A stretch of 64,000 bases of DNA from Ignisphaera sp. (GTDB taxonomy: Archaea > Thermoproteota > Thermoprotei_A > Sulfolobales > Ignisphaeraceae): contig JAWBDT010000001.1 in assembly GCA_038821645.1 (NCBI GenBank), positions 32,001-96,000 of the forward strand. The letters run 5' to 3'. The position numbers and the translations under genes were made by a program. Position 1 is the first letter of the stretch. Each line of letters starts with the position of its first letter. The notes under the pieces are model-generated. The model ran no database searches, had not been told where the DNA came from, and saw nothing but the letters and a program-made list of their open reading frames with translations. This document shows positions 29,769 to 40,708 of the stretch, piece by piece.

Positions 29769-30575
29769 TTAGCTAGATAGATCCTCTGAAACTACTTCTG
29801 CAAGCTTCTTGCCGGATAAAAGCATAGAGCTAAATATGGGACCCATTCTCGGTAATCCGTATAATGATGCAACAGACATGCCAGAAACATATAGCCCTGG
29901 TATAACTCTTCCAGTCTTCTCTACAACAACTTTTTCCGATATTTCTGAATAAGCAGATTTCTCTCCGTATAGAGTTATATTTGCTTCAGGTAGTTTTTTA
30001 GCAACTATTTGTAGAACTTCTGCTTCATGACCAGTAGCATCTACAACAGCTCTAGATCTTATGAATAGAGGATCCACATGTAGACCAGACATAATTACAG
30101 CACCCCACTGAATAACAACACCTTCTATTCTGATAGGGTTAGGTCTATATATGACATCCTCTACATGAACTCCCTGGATTATTTTTGCACCTGCATCAAT
30201 AGCACCAACAGCTAGTTTAGCCATAAGCTCTGAAGCATCTATAACGTAGAGGTCTTCTTCTTCATCTCTATAGAATTTTATATTGAAATCCTTTAGTATT
30301 GATAAAACCGAACTATCTACAACAACTTTATGGAAAAGCATACCACCACCACCAATTCCACCACCAAAGCTAAGTCTACGTTCAAGAACTAGAACCCGTA
30401 GACCTTTATCAGCCAAATATTTAGCGGCAGTCATACCTGAAGGACCTGCACCCACTATAACGACATCGGTATCACTCAAATCTAGCCATTCCTTCATTGT
30501 ATTTCTAACTATAGCTCTAGTTATCCTTACTTCAAGAGATTTAGAGATAGACATAGATTCAACCCAATGCCTCAT
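29769..30575 (-). CDS. thi4: Sulfide-dependent adenosine diphosphate thiazole synthase
   Basis: GAGPSG, GGGIGGGGMLF, GLHVDP (His form), DATGH, PRMGPIF. Confidence 0.93.
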   Translation of the reverse strand: MRHWVESMSISKSLEVRITRAIVRNTMKEWLDLSDTDVVIVGAGPSGMTAAKYLADKGLRVLVLERRLSFGGGIGGGGMLFHKVVVDSSVLSILKDFNIKFYRDEEEDLYVIDASELMAKLAVGAIDAGAKIIQGVHVEDVIYRPNPIRIEGVVIQWGAVIMSGLHVDPLFIRSRAVVDATGHEAEVLQIVAKKLPEANITLYGEKSAYSEISEKVVVEKTGRVIPGLYVSGMSVASLYGLPRMGPIFSSMLLSGKKLAEVVSEDLSS

Positions 30576-30710
30576 CTAGGATTCGATACAACACTTAACA
30601 AAGCTTGAAGATAATAACCCTAACTCATATAACAGAACTGGAGGATAAACTCAATCAAGACACGGTAATAATGCAGAAGCTGTAGATATGAGGAATGAAA
30701 AATTAGTTGA

Positions 30711-30998
30711 TTAAGAGAGCTCTTCCTCAGTTTTCCTCCTTTTTACAGCTCTATCGAATACTATCCAATTGCGATACCATTCATCATTCTCTTTTTTAAG
30801 AAGTTCAAGAACCATCTTTGTAAGCTCTTTAGCGCTAATCTCTTCTCTGCCCTCAGATATAAGTTTAGCTGTAACAAGTGTAGCAATTTTCCGAGCAGCA
30901 TCTAAGGTAGCGCCAGCCTTTAAGCAAGAAACAACAATTTTTTCATATACATATGGCTCTTTACTACCATCTCTCTTAATAACAAGTATCTGCGGCAT
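30711..30998 (-). CDS. Stand-alone ATP-cone domain protein (start set at MPQILV)
   Basis: VIKRDGSKEPY..EKI..S...AGA. Confidence 0.85.
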   Translation of the reverse strand: MPQILVIKRDGSKEPYVYEKIVVSCLKAGATLDAARKIATLVTAKLISEGREEISAKELTKMVLELLKKENDEWYRNWIVFDRAVKRRKTEEELS

Positions 30999-31381
30999 CC
31001 ATACAATCAATTTCTCTACCCTACCCTGTGTAGAAATACCTAGAAGAGAATATAAATATTTATCAGAATAGAATACGTAGTGCATGGAACGCTATAAGGT
31101 ATTGCACCATAATTAAGATCCTATAGTGTTAATTTAAGAGTTCTATGCTTGCACTAATCACGTCGTGTAGCTGATAAAGTAATAGGCATCAAACACATTG
31201 ATAGTTTATAGCTATTTCTATGTTCAACACATCTTCAACTTACTCAACCTTGAGGCAAGATGACACTTTCTTACCTAGATGGAACAACATTATTGAGATA
31301 GGGTCTCCGATACTGGTATCCAAGATCGAGATATAGTTGAAAAATGTTAGTAAGATTATGGTATTTTCCAAATATGATGCT

Positions 31382-32995
31382 CTATTTGGTGAGTATAGAT
31401 TCGAATAACTCTTTATCTACTTCATCTGCCATTGGTATACCAGTCACTTTTGCAGCTCTTTCCGTTAATGAGGCTAGATCCGATCTATCTAGTAAATCTA
31501 ATCGATACTTTCTCTGACCAACCATGAGAATCTTTATACCTGTTGCAATTTTCGAGAAGTAGGTGTAAAGCCCAATAGCACCTGTCTCTATTAATCTCTC
31601 TATGTTTTGTGCGCCATATCTTCCTACAAGTTCATATATTGATACAAAGAATGATTCTGGTTTAGATCCGTATTTCTCAACAAAATTCTGTGGAAGTGCA
31701 TTTTTCTTAGAGAGCTCTATGAAGTATCTAGATTTCATAACAGCAAGTATTGGTGCTCTAGCCATTGCTATAGCCTTTACATAGGGCTTGTCTCCGAAAT
31801 TACTCATTGCTATAGCTTTAACTATTTGATGTTCATTAGAGAACCCTCCAGCCATAGCTATGTCTGGTATATGCATACCCTTCTTCTTCATTATCTCACA
31901 GGCCTTCAATACCCATGCCTCTAGATAGATTGTTGGTACACCGCTTTCATTCATCATGGGTACCGGAGACATACCTGTTCCACCTCCAGCGCCATCAAAT
32001 GTAATGGCATCTGCTTTAGCTTCTGCTGCAAGTTTCATTACGAATGCAACGTCTATAGGTCTATAGCATCCCGTCTTTATCCATATCTTTTTGACCCCCA
32101 TAGATCTTAATAGATCTATTCTCTCTAAGAAGTGTTGAGGATCTGGTTTACCTATCCTGCTATGTCTTTCAAAACTCTTCACTATACCTAACTTGAATGC
32201 TTCTTGAACATTCTTATCTTCAGGATCAGGAATAACTATGTATCCTCTTTTCTTTAGCTCTATAGCTCTCTCAAGATCTCTTACTCTCACTTCGCCACCT
32301 ATGGATTTAGCTCCCTGCCCAAACTTCTTCTCTATGATATTTACCTCTAGCTTTGATGCAGCATATATGTCTACACCCATTGTCTCATCTTCTATATTGT
32401 TCTGGACAGCTATATCACCGTACTTTCCATCCCAAAACTCTCTATATGTTTTAACTCTGAACTCTAGATCCTTAGAATATATCACCTGATTGTTAGAGAA
32501 TATAGCTTCCTTATCCATTCCACAAACATTTTCGCCTACAACAATAGCTGTACCAGATATAGCGGCACCTATAGCAAGTCCTTCCCAATTCTTTTTAGCT
32601 ACATCAGTAGAGCCTAGAGCTGCAATGAACACAGGTAGCTTGAGATTTACGTTACCATAGCTGGTAGACACATCAGCTTTCTCGAAAATCATTTCCTCTG
32701 GAATAGGCTCAATACCAAAGACTTCTGAGAGTCTTGGTATAAGCTGTAGATCAGACCAATCGAGTCCAAAGTCTTTATTGGCTGCAGCTGTACTTAATCC
32801 AAATTCTTCTGGCTCAGGATATAGAACTTCTCTTCCTCTAATAGCTGATTTACCTACTTCACATAGTATAGGGCAATTATATACACATAGTGCACAAAGA
32901 CCGCTCAAAGGAGTTATATCTGGAACTCTTGTTCTAGTGCCGGATAACACACTACTGTTTTCTGTTGGTAATTTCTTTTCCGGCATATTTTTCAC
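31382..32995 (-). CDS. FMN-binding glutamate synthase family protein (stand-alone)
   Basis: N-terminal CALCVYNC...C, ALGST, GENVCG, KFGQGAKSIGGE, DGAGGGTGMSP. Confidence 0.85.
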   Translation of the reverse strand: MKNMPEKKLPTENSSVLSGTRTRVPDITPLSGLCALCVYNCPILCEVGKSAIRGREVLYPEPEEFGLSTAAANKDFGLDWSDLQLIPRLSEVFGIEPIPEEMIFEKADVSTSYGNVNLKLPVFIAALGSTDVAKKNWEGLAIGAAISGTAIVVGENVCGMDKEAIFSNNQVIYSKDLEFRVKTYREFWDGKYGDIAVQNNIEDETMGVDIYAASKLEVNIIEKKFGQGAKSIGGEVRVRDLERAIELKKRGYIVIPDPEDKNVQEAFKLGIVKSFERHSRIGKPDPQHFLERIDLLRSMGVKKIWIKTGCYRPIDVAFVMKLAAEAKADAITFDGAGGGTGMSPVPMMNESGVPTIYLEAWVLKACEIMKKKGMHIPDIAMAGGFSNEHQIVKAIAMSNFGDKPYVKAIAMARAPILAVMKSRYFIELSKKNALPQNFVEKYGSKPESFFVSIYELVGRYGAQNIERLIETGAIGLYTYFSKIATGIKILMVGQRKYRLDLLDRSDLASLTERAAKVTGIPMADEVDKELFESILTK

Positions 32996-33309
32996 ATAAA
33001 CTTTGGCGTTAAGGTTACATTTAAAAATTTTTATGATCTTTAAACAAGAATATACATGTTATAAAATTAATAAATTGAACCAGTTACTTGTTGTTCAGTA
33101 GATAAGTTTCTGAAAGATATTGATAAGATATAACACTAATTCAAAACTACCTATTCTTCCTAGGTACTGAAGCTAGAACTAGACTACTGTACAGCTGTTG
33201 GGTATGGTATTAGTGATAATAATTACTGGATGTTTAATTCTAATTTTAACATTTATGTATATATAAATCCTATAAATCCAGGTTATAATAGTCCAATGTG
33301 GTGATTTGG

Positions 33310-33783
33310 ATGCCTAAGGTAGCTGTTATCATGGGTAGTAAGAGTGATTGGGAGTATATGAAGGAAGCTGTAGAGCTACTTAAACAGTTCGATATAGAGG
33401 TTGTGGTAAAGGTTCTTTCAGCACATAGAACACCTGAAGCTACATTTGATTTTGCTAAAAATGCTGCTGAAAATGGTGTAGAGGTTATAATCGCTGGTGC
33501 AGGTGGAGCAGCTCATTTGCCTGGAGTGGTTGCAGCTTTAACGCATCTACCTGTGATAGGAGTACCTATACCTTCAAAACATCTAAATGGACTAGATTCA
33601 CTCTTATCTATTGTTCAAATGCCTCCTGGTGTACCAGTAGCAACAGTTGGTATAGGTGGTGCAAAGAATGCAGCACTTCTTGCTCTACGTATACTTAGTC
33701 TAAAGTATCCCGAGATTGTAGCGAAACTTAAGAGATATGTAGAAGATATGAAGAAGGAGGTTCTGTCTATAAAGCTTGAATAG
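33310..33783 (+). CDS. purE: N5-CAIR mutase
   Basis: [38 protein letters not shown]. Confidence 0.96.
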   Translation: MPKVAVIMGSKSDWEYMKEAVELLKQFDIEVVVKVLSAHRTPEATFDFAKNAAENGVEVIIAGAGGAAHLPGVVAALTHLPVIGVPIPSKHLNGLDSLLSIVQMPPGVPVATVGIGGAKNAALLALRILSLKYPEIVAKLKRYVEDMKKEVLSIKLE

Positions 33784-33912
33784 ATCGTCTAGAATATAAA
33801 GCACTATGTGTCTAAAAATATTTAATCAACATCATTTTAATTCTATTAGTATATGTTACGGATACAATGTCACGTAGCTTCATGTTGTAGATAGTTCCTG
33901 GGACTGATCTCC

Positions 33913-35400
33913 ATGTCTAAAATCCTTAATAACTTAGGTGGGTTATTTCCTCCAAGATATGGCCCTGAATGGGGTAGTGGAGGTATATTTGGACTCAAGT
34001 ACTATAGGGAAACACTATACTTTACATTAGCTTTTGAGGCTGAAGCACACTTCATTAATGACGATGAAAAGGTCTATAGATATGAACTTGTAGGTCCAGG
34101 GCCTAGATCTGGAGGAGATACATATAATGCTGTTGATACTGTTGATGAATATATATATTTTGGTGGATGGGTTCACGCACCAGCTATCTATGTAGGTAGA
34201 AAGGATGGTATGGGCTCCTATATATCGTTTAAGAACAAGTGTAGTCATGTACACTCATATGATGTATATAACGCTAGAGTCGAACTTCTATGGAAAGAAT
34301 GTTTAAATCATGAAACAGATTGGGTTGGCGAAGTAAGTGAAATAGTGTATGATCCAGCGGGAGATAGACTTCTGCTTGCTAGAGGAGATGGTATGGTTAA
34401 TCTAGGTGTATATCAAATTGATAGAAAAGGAGGAAACTATAGAAAGCTATCTAGTGTACCTGCACAAAAAGGTTCATACTTCTATGACCATATATGTTTC
34501 GATATGTTTAAGGACTGGATTGATGGTGTTATAGGGATACAGTGTATTGATCTAGTTGAGGATAAGGTTAGGTATCTAGAGCTAAAAGATATAGCCAAGA
34601 GGAGTATAGATGGTGGTGAAGTTTCGTGGAGATTACCAGGTTCAGCTACATCAGCTTATGGAAGATTCTTTCTATTCATTCGTGGAGGATTATTGGTTGG
34701 AAATCCTGTAGATGAATCTATTGAGCCTATAGTGTTCTATAGACTTTTTGATTTCGGATTGTCTGGATATACCCCTAGAAGGTCTATGGCTAAGCCATTT
34801 GCTGGAGGAATACTTGTTGGATTCAATAGCTATTCAGAAGCAACTATAAAGTCTACCAACGAGTATGAAAAAATCCTTTCAAAAGCTACAAATACTATAG
34901 TAGCACCTTCTGTTCTGCTATTTATTGCACCACCGATAGCCAAAATAGTTGGTATCTTTGGTGCTAGAATAACGGGTTTCGAATCTGTAGGAGACAAACT
35001 TATTGTAGCTTATAATACTATGGCGAATACGTTTAGATACGATGCTCTACCAATAGATGCTGGATTCAGAGGGTTCACAATTCTAGACCAAGATATAGTC
35101 AATAGAAATCCTCCACTAAAATTTGTGATCAGAGGATTCCAAGTAGAGAACAGAACCTTTGGAGGAATACCTACAGCAGGTTATCGAGAACCTTCTATAG
35201 AGGTATTGAGTAATAAGGATAACAAGATCTATATATATGAGTATGATTTATCTCTACCACCGATTAGCGTAGCACAAGATGTATATACATTATCAAAAGG
35301 CAAAAATGTTCTAGATTTAAAGAGTTATAGAAACTCAATACTGTCGTTCAAACTAGAGAAAGAAGATAGGGAAGCATTGATCAAGATAAACCTCATGTAG
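33913..35400 (+). CDS. DUF2139-family protein
   Basis: FPPRYGPEWGSGGIFGLKYY, SGGDTYNAV, FGGWVHAP. Confidence 0.8.
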   Translation: MSKILNNLGGLFPPRYGPEWGSGGIFGLKYYRETLYFTLAFEAEAHFINDDEKVYRYELVGPGPRSGGDTYNAVDTVDEYIYFGGWVHAPAIYVGRKDGMGSYISFKNKCSHVHSYDVYNARVELLWKECLNHETDWVGEVSEIVYDPAGDRLLLARGDGMVNLGVYQIDRKGGNYRKLSSVPAQKGSYFYDHICFDMFKDWIDGVIGIQCIDLVEDKVRYLELKDIAKRSIDGGEVSWRLPGSATSAYGRFFLFIRGGLLVGNPVDESIEPIVFYRLFDFGLSGYTPRRSMAKPFAGGILVGFNSYSEATIKSTNEYEKILSKATNTIVAPSVLLFIAPPIAKIVGIFGARITGFESVGDKLIVAYNTMANTFRYDALPIDAGFRGFTILDQDIVNRNPPLKFVIRGFQVENRTFGGIPTAGYREPSIEVLSNKDNKIYIYEYDLSLPPISVAQDVYTLSKGKNVLDLKSYRNSILSFKLEKEDREALIKINLM

Positions 35401-35532
35401 TAGGTTTCATATTGTATATCATAATGATAAACAAACAATAGAAATGAACATGAAGTTACATCCAACTTATAATCAATAAACTCTATATATTGATGCTTGT
35501 TGATGAGGTAAAGGTGTCCAAAATCAGTATAT

Positions 35533-36627
35533 TTATATTGTTACACTAGGCAAAACAGTAAAATCTCTTAGTATCCACACAAATCTTGCAATACCGTTAG
35601 ATGATCTGGTACCCCATTCAGTTCCTATCTCCCAACCTAATAGATAGTGACTAGATATGTTGAACGTTGAATACCTAGTTGTGATATTAACGAAGACTGT
35701 TGGATCGTAAGCAACATGACCACACTTGATGTTTATTTCCTTAGGTACAAATGCTATGTATTGCCAACCACCCCAAGAAACACTATCTTCTCTCCATACC
35801 TCGAAGACTACATCAACTCTTGAGCCGTTAACAACTATAGGCACAATTTCTTCACCAACTTTTCTTCCTGCTGGATTAAGATTCTGTCTATAGATCCAAA
35901 CCATTATCTCTACATCACCATTTCCAGGTGATGTACCAGGATTATTTGCTACACTAGGTCGAACTAACCATGCATCTGCAGCTATATTGAAGTTCATTGA
36001 AGGCTCTATATCTTCTATACATATGTGGAAGGATATAACGAAAGGAGTCATTTCACTAATCTTCATTGGAAACTTGACTCCAAAACCATTAGCGTATCGT
36101 CTTCCCCAAGGTTTTCTACCTATATATACTTCAGGATAACCATTTACCCATTCTACTGGCTGTATATCTGTCAAATTAAATTCAGCTTTAATAGTGCGTC
36201 TAATAAGGTCTATTAGTATTTGTTGTGTCCCTTTGTAGCTCTTTATATTCCACGGATTAATTTCAACAAAAACATCTACAATACCATCACCATTAATATC
36301 TAGTTCTGCTGAAGATCTAAGTGGATACGAAAGTTTAATTTCAGAAGGTGTTGTTATAGTTGTAAACTTGATCAAGGTATCTACCAAGGTTTTAGTTAAT
36401 GTCTCAGTATATGTAGTGTAAAGAGTAAATAGTTTTGTGATCTCTATTGTTTCTGTTACAGTTAGTATTGATTGAGCTACATGTTGTGTTTGTGTATAAT
36501 GATATGTAACTGTATTCGTTACCGTAACTGTTGTTGGTTTAGCCATATTCAAACCATAGAGATATCCCCCAATAAAACCTGCAATAACTATTACTACAAC
36601 AATTAATGATGTAAGTAATTGCTTCAT
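35533..36627 (-). CDS. Membrane-anchored GH12 endo-beta-glucanase
   Basis: N-terminal TM, Thr-rich linker, DINGDG, EINPWN, GYPEVYIGRKPW, VEIMVW and WEIGTE catalytic Glu motifs. Confidence 0.88.
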   Translation of the reverse strand: MKQLLTSLIVVVIVIAGFIGGYLYGLNMAKPTTVTVTNTVTYHYTQTQHVAQSILTVTETIEITKLFTLYTTYTETLTKTLVDTLIKFTTITTPSEIKLSYPLRSSAELDINGDGIVDVFVEINPWNIKSYKGTQQILIDLIRRTIKAEFNLTDIQPVEWVNGYPEVYIGRKPWGRRYANGFGVKFPMKISEMTPFVISFHICIEDIEPSMNFNIAADAWLVRPSVANNPGTSPGNGDVEIMVWIYRQNLNPAGRKVGEEIVPIVVNGSRVDVVFEVWREDSVSWGGWQYIAFVPKEINIKCGHVAYDPTVFVNITTRYSTFNISSHYLLGWEIGTEWGTRSSNGIARFVWILRDFTVLPSVTI

Positions 36628-36917
36628 AGCTATATACACCAAGATCAATGTAATGTAGTTAACTCTAAAAAGTTTTTGTTACACAATATATCATGGATTA
36701 CCTTAGTCGATAGAATTAATGATTACACTTAGTAAAAATGTAGATTTGATGTAGAGAGTTATTGTAATTCGAAAATGAGATTTAGTAACGAGATAGATAG
36801 TTAATTGAATAATGATATGAGTATTAGGTTCATATTGTAGGCTAGTTTTATGGTTACAGAACTATCTCTATATGCTTTATTAATTTTGTTAGAATAATTG
36901 ATATGGATTCAATAGAT

Positions 36918-39734
36918 CTAAATCAGTTTCGATCCTCCAGCTATATCTTCCCAACTAAGGTTTAAAGCTGTAAACAATTGTTCTAATGTCGATCTCATAG
37001 CTTCAATGTATTTCTGTACATCTATTTCTCCTATTCTAGCTAACTGAATGGGCTTTACACCTTCTTTAGATCTAACCTTTACATAGGTTATTATATCTCC
37101 AGGAGATATCTCGATACCGTATCTCTGGAGCATAAGAGCGGCTTTAACGTGTTGAGGTGTGGTTTTTGTGTACTCTGAGAGAGTTTTTGTCAAGCCTATG
37201 TGGAAAGCTACTTCATCTAGCGTCAAAAGTCTATTCTTTAGAAGCAGATAGTATTTCTCTAATGTGTTTCTAACGTTATCGATAACTTTTACAGCATCTT
37301 CAGGCTCGTTTATGATCGCTATCTGTTTTATTATGTCTGTGAATAGGTTTTTTATGAAGTCTGGAGTATTTCTTTTCTTACCCATCATACCCTTGATATC
37401 TATATCTCCCCCAGATTGTACACCCACGTAATTCTTTTTGAGAGCAAATGCAACAAATTTATATGTTTTATCTATCTCTAGTTCAAGACCATAAGTTTCT
37501 TCAACCCATTTCTTAAGTTCTTCAAGTTTTGATGGCTCAGGATTCCATATGAATAATGAATCAGTATCTCCATAGAGAACCTTTAGATCTAGTTCTTCAG
37601 CCTTACTAATTGTTGTAGATATAACCCTTCTACCTAAGGCAGTAACACTTTCAGCTACTGAAGGAGCATAGAGTGGAAATGTCTCAGCTCCAAAAACGCC
37701 ATAGGCAGCATTGATGTATACCTTCATAGCTCTTTGAACAACATCGTACCAGCTACGGTATAGTGGATCTAGGTTCTTATCTTTTGCTTTTTTCTTGTAT
37801 AACTTGACTCTAAAGTCTCTCAAAAGTCCTACAATTTCAGATGTTATGCCTATGTTATCCATACAGACCTTATGAACAACGTTACCTTTTTCATCAACTA
37901 TATCGTCAATCTTGTTGCAGGAGATTTTGTCAGGATCTATTGTTTCGTAGCTTAGATTCCATCTCTTTATAATTGATGGGTATAGTGATGCGAAATCCAG
38001 AACCACGACATTGAAAAATATTCCTTGTGGTGGATCGATAACAATAGCACCTGCATACTTCTTTCCCTTGATTATAGCTTCAGTAACTTTCCTTCCTTTG
38101 AGCATAGCTATATCTTCTTTACGCGGTATAAGAAATCCCTTGCGTCTATGCTCCCAATAAAATAGGTTCTTGATCCAAGTAGATACCGTTGTTCTACAAA
38201 CATCCTCTAGTCCAAGTTTGCTTATACGCATAATGAGTAGCATAAGTTTCCAGACAAGTTCATCTGAAAAAGTGGTTAGAGCTAATGTTATTTGAGCATC
38301 TCTGATGTTGTATCTGACAAGTGTTGATAGATCTACTTTACTTAACTCTTCATCAAGTTGAACCTTACCTACACCTAGAAGTGCTTGTGCAACTGAATCA
38401 AGATTAACTTCTCTATATCTACCTTCGAATGCATATACCTGTATAGCCTTATTGCTAAAGAACTTGTAGAGATCTAGGTGAAGAGCTGAAGATAGTTTAG
38501 CCACATATTCTATTTTACTACCTTTTAGTATCTTCTTCACCTTTATGTTTATGAATTCATTGGGGATATTCAACTTGATTGCTCTTATGTAGAGGTACCG
38601 TAGATCAAAGTTATCTCCATTGAATGTTAATACTATAGGATATTGAGAAAGTATTGCTAGTGTCTCGAGAATTATTGATACCTCGTTATCAAATATCTCT
38701 ATCTCTACATCGTCTTCTGGTAGAGGCTGCATCATCTTGAGATTTTCTCTATATAGTACCAAGACCTTTCTAAGTCCATCGTTTGATGCAAAAGCTATAG
38801 ACATTATCGGATACGAGGCTTGATCTGGTGAAGGTATTTTACCTTCAAATGGTGTATACACCTCTATATCTATGGCGATACGTTTAGCTGATACCCATTT
38901 AGTTTCAAAGAGCTTAGCCAAATTAATTGCTGTTTCAATACTTTCAGATCTACTTATCCCTAGACTATTAATTAAACTACTCTTTAGATGTTCTTTATCT
39001 ACTTCAATGATTTCCTCAATCGAGTTACCTTCCACCTTGTAGGGCATGCCAGGTATTAGGCTACGATCATAAATGTAGTTCACATGATACTTTATGTCTG
39101 CTTCCCATGCAGCTGGAACCTTAGATCTAAGCGATCTTACTGCAAGAGGATCTTTTGTTACAATTTTTGTGAATCGTTTAACTGTCTTATGTAGGAGATC
39201 AATTTTTTCAACAGTTTCTATAGAATCGAAAGATCTATGTCTAACAATTTCTGGGATCTTACTCACTTTATCAGGTGGAAGATCCGTTAAGAAGTAGGGC
39301 TTATGACCTGTTTTATCATACCAGTACAAGAGTATGTGCTGTAGAGGATCGTAGAATATTAGTATGGCTTTACCAACATCACCATCATAATCTACATTTA
39401 AAAGAAAAGCATAATCAATCCTATCTACATTATGTGGATAACTATAGAATTTCACTACCCTTACATTATCCAGATCCATGTTGGTTGGTACATATACCTT
39501 TAAGTCTGAGTGTATAAGCTTTTTACATGCACTCTCTTCACCATATGTGTCTATTGGTTGTTTAGATTGACTAAACTCATTTTTTACACTATTAATGTTA
39601 TCTACCTTAGACGTGGATGCTGTTTCAGCCTCTTTATCACTAATGTTAATTGATAGAGATTCTCTATTTTTTGGTTCTTGATCTCTAGATCTATTCTTAT
39701 TGATGAATTCTAACAAAGTTTTCTGTTTAGCCAC
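36918..39734 (-). CDS. polB1: Family B DNA polymerase, crenarchaeal PolB1
   Basis: DIE, FNGDNFD, DFASLYPS, KVYINAAYG, YGDTDS, KKNY; N-terminal QKTLLEF. Confidence 0.95.
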   Translation of the reverse strand: MAKQKTLLEFINKNRSRDQEPKNRESLSINISDKEAETASTSKVDNINSVKNEFSQSKQPIDTYGEESACKKLIHSDLKVYVPTNMDLDNVRVVKFYSYPHNVDRIDYAFLLNVDYDGDVGKAILIFYDPLQHILLYWYDKTGHKPYFLTDLPPDKVSKIPEIVRHRSFDSIETVEKIDLLHKTVKRFTKIVTKDPLAVRSLRSKVPAAWEADIKYHVNYIYDRSLIPGMPYKVEGNSIEEIIEVDKEHLKSSLINSLGISRSESIETAINLAKLFETKWVSAKRIAIDIEVYTPFEGKIPSPDQASYPIMSIAFASNDGLRKVLVLYRENLKMMQPLPEDDVEIEIFDNEVSIILETLAILSQYPIVLTFNGDNFDLRYLYIRAIKLNIPNEFINIKVKKILKGSKIEYVAKLSSALHLDLYKFFSNKAIQVYAFEGRYREVNLDSVAQALLGVGKVQLDEELSKVDLSTLVRYNIRDAQITLALTTFSDELVWKLMLLIMRISKLGLEDVCRTTVSTWIKNLFYWEHRRKGFLIPRKEDIAMLKGRKVTEAIIKGKKYAGAIVIDPPQGIFFNVVVLDFASLYPSIIKRWNLSYETIDPDKISCNKIDDIVDEKGNVVHKVCMDNIGITSEIVGLLRDFRVKLYKKKAKDKNLDPLYRSWYDVVQRAMKVYINAAYGVFGAETFPLYAPSVAESVTALGRRVISTTISKAEELDLKVLYGDTDSLFIWNPEPSKLEELKKWVEETYGLELEIDKTYKFVAFALKKNYVGVQSGGDIDIKGMMGKKRNTPDFIKNLFTDIIKQIAIINEPEDAVKVIDNVRNTLEKYYLLLKNRLLTLDEVAFHIGLTKTLSEYTKTTPQHVKAALMLQRYGIEISPGDIITYVKVRSKEGVKPIQLARIGEIDVQKYIEAMRSTLEQLFTALNLSWEDIAGGSKLI

Positions 39735-39828
39735 ATCTAAGCCCCTTAGCTATACTAGTATCAAATTATCTTACACTCTATCCTGTATAATAATAATGTA
39801 CAAATACGTTTATAAAGTCTGTGCATTG

Positions 39829-40575
39829 TTAGCGATATGGAAAAGCATTGTTCAATTCGTATTTCTTCTTCTTTTCTTCATACTCATCTCTACTCATAAT
39901 AGGTTTAGCAGGAATACCTGCTACAACAGTATATGGTTCTACACTTTTTGTAACAACAGATCCAGCAGCTATAACGGCTTCTCTACCAATCACTATTCCA
40001 GGGGTTACTACAGTATTTGCACCTATAACTACTCCATCCTCTACTACTGTTTCTATAATTCTTCTACTCGATGGATATCTATCGTTTGTAAAAACAACCC
40101 TTGGTGCTATAAACACATTGGATCCTATTCTAACCTTAGGCGGTATATATACATGACTTTGTATAATGGTGTTTGTTCCCACAATTACATCACCGTCAAT
40201 GACTGTACCTGTACCTATCTTGCATTTAGATCTGATTATTGTCTTTTCTCTAATGAGTACATTGTGTCCGAATATGACATCATCCTCTATAGATGTATCC
40301 TCGTATATCGTTGTACCACTACGAATAATAACATTATTACCTATGCTTACTCCGTTACTCATGGTGTCAATGATTTCATCAAGTAGACCAGTATAATTGT
40401 TTCTGATAATCTTAAACAGTTTATCTTGAGTTATATAGCCTATAATTACATTGTTATCTATAAACCCATTGGAGCCTATGTGTGTAGAACCATAGATCTT
40501 TACATTGTTTCCAAGAATGGTTCTGTTTCCTATAAATGTATTTCTACCTATAAATCTCGTGCTAATAATAATCAC
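39829..40575 (-). CDS. Hexapeptide-repeat (left-handed beta-helix) acyltransferase
   Basis: Repeated [IV]Gxxxx units, FTNDRYP, VAGIPAKP. Confidence 0.9.
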   Translation of the reverse strand: MIIISTRFIGRNTFIGNRTILGNNVKIYGSTHIGSNGFIDNNVIIGYITQDKLFKIIRNNYTGLLDEIIDTMSNGVSIGNNVIIRSGTTIYEDTSIEDDVIFGHNVLIREKTIIRSKCKIGTGTVIDGDVIVGTNTIIQSHVYIPPKVRIGSNVFIAPRVVFTNDRYPSSRRIIETVVEDGVVIGANTVVTPGIVIGREAVIAAGSVVTKSVEPYTVVAGIPAKPIMSRDEYEEKKKKYELNNAFPYR

Positions 40576-40708
40576 CTATGAGGATTCTAATGTGATACAC
40601 ATGTTATACACAAGTATTTTATAAGTATTGTTTCACACATTATGGATTTAAAGCAATAAGCCTTATTAATCCTAAACATAGTAAGGCTAATCCTGAGGTA
40701 TGTAAGGT

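Noticed and set aside
30576-30710. TPP riboswitch upstream of thi4
   Set aside because: No CTGAGA/CCTGA core or plausible stems; a ThiR site could not be confirmed by eye.
39700-40396. Plus-strand ORFs of 228, 102 and 76 aa
   Set aside because: They are antisense shadows of the hexapeptide acyltransferase with no protein-like motifs.
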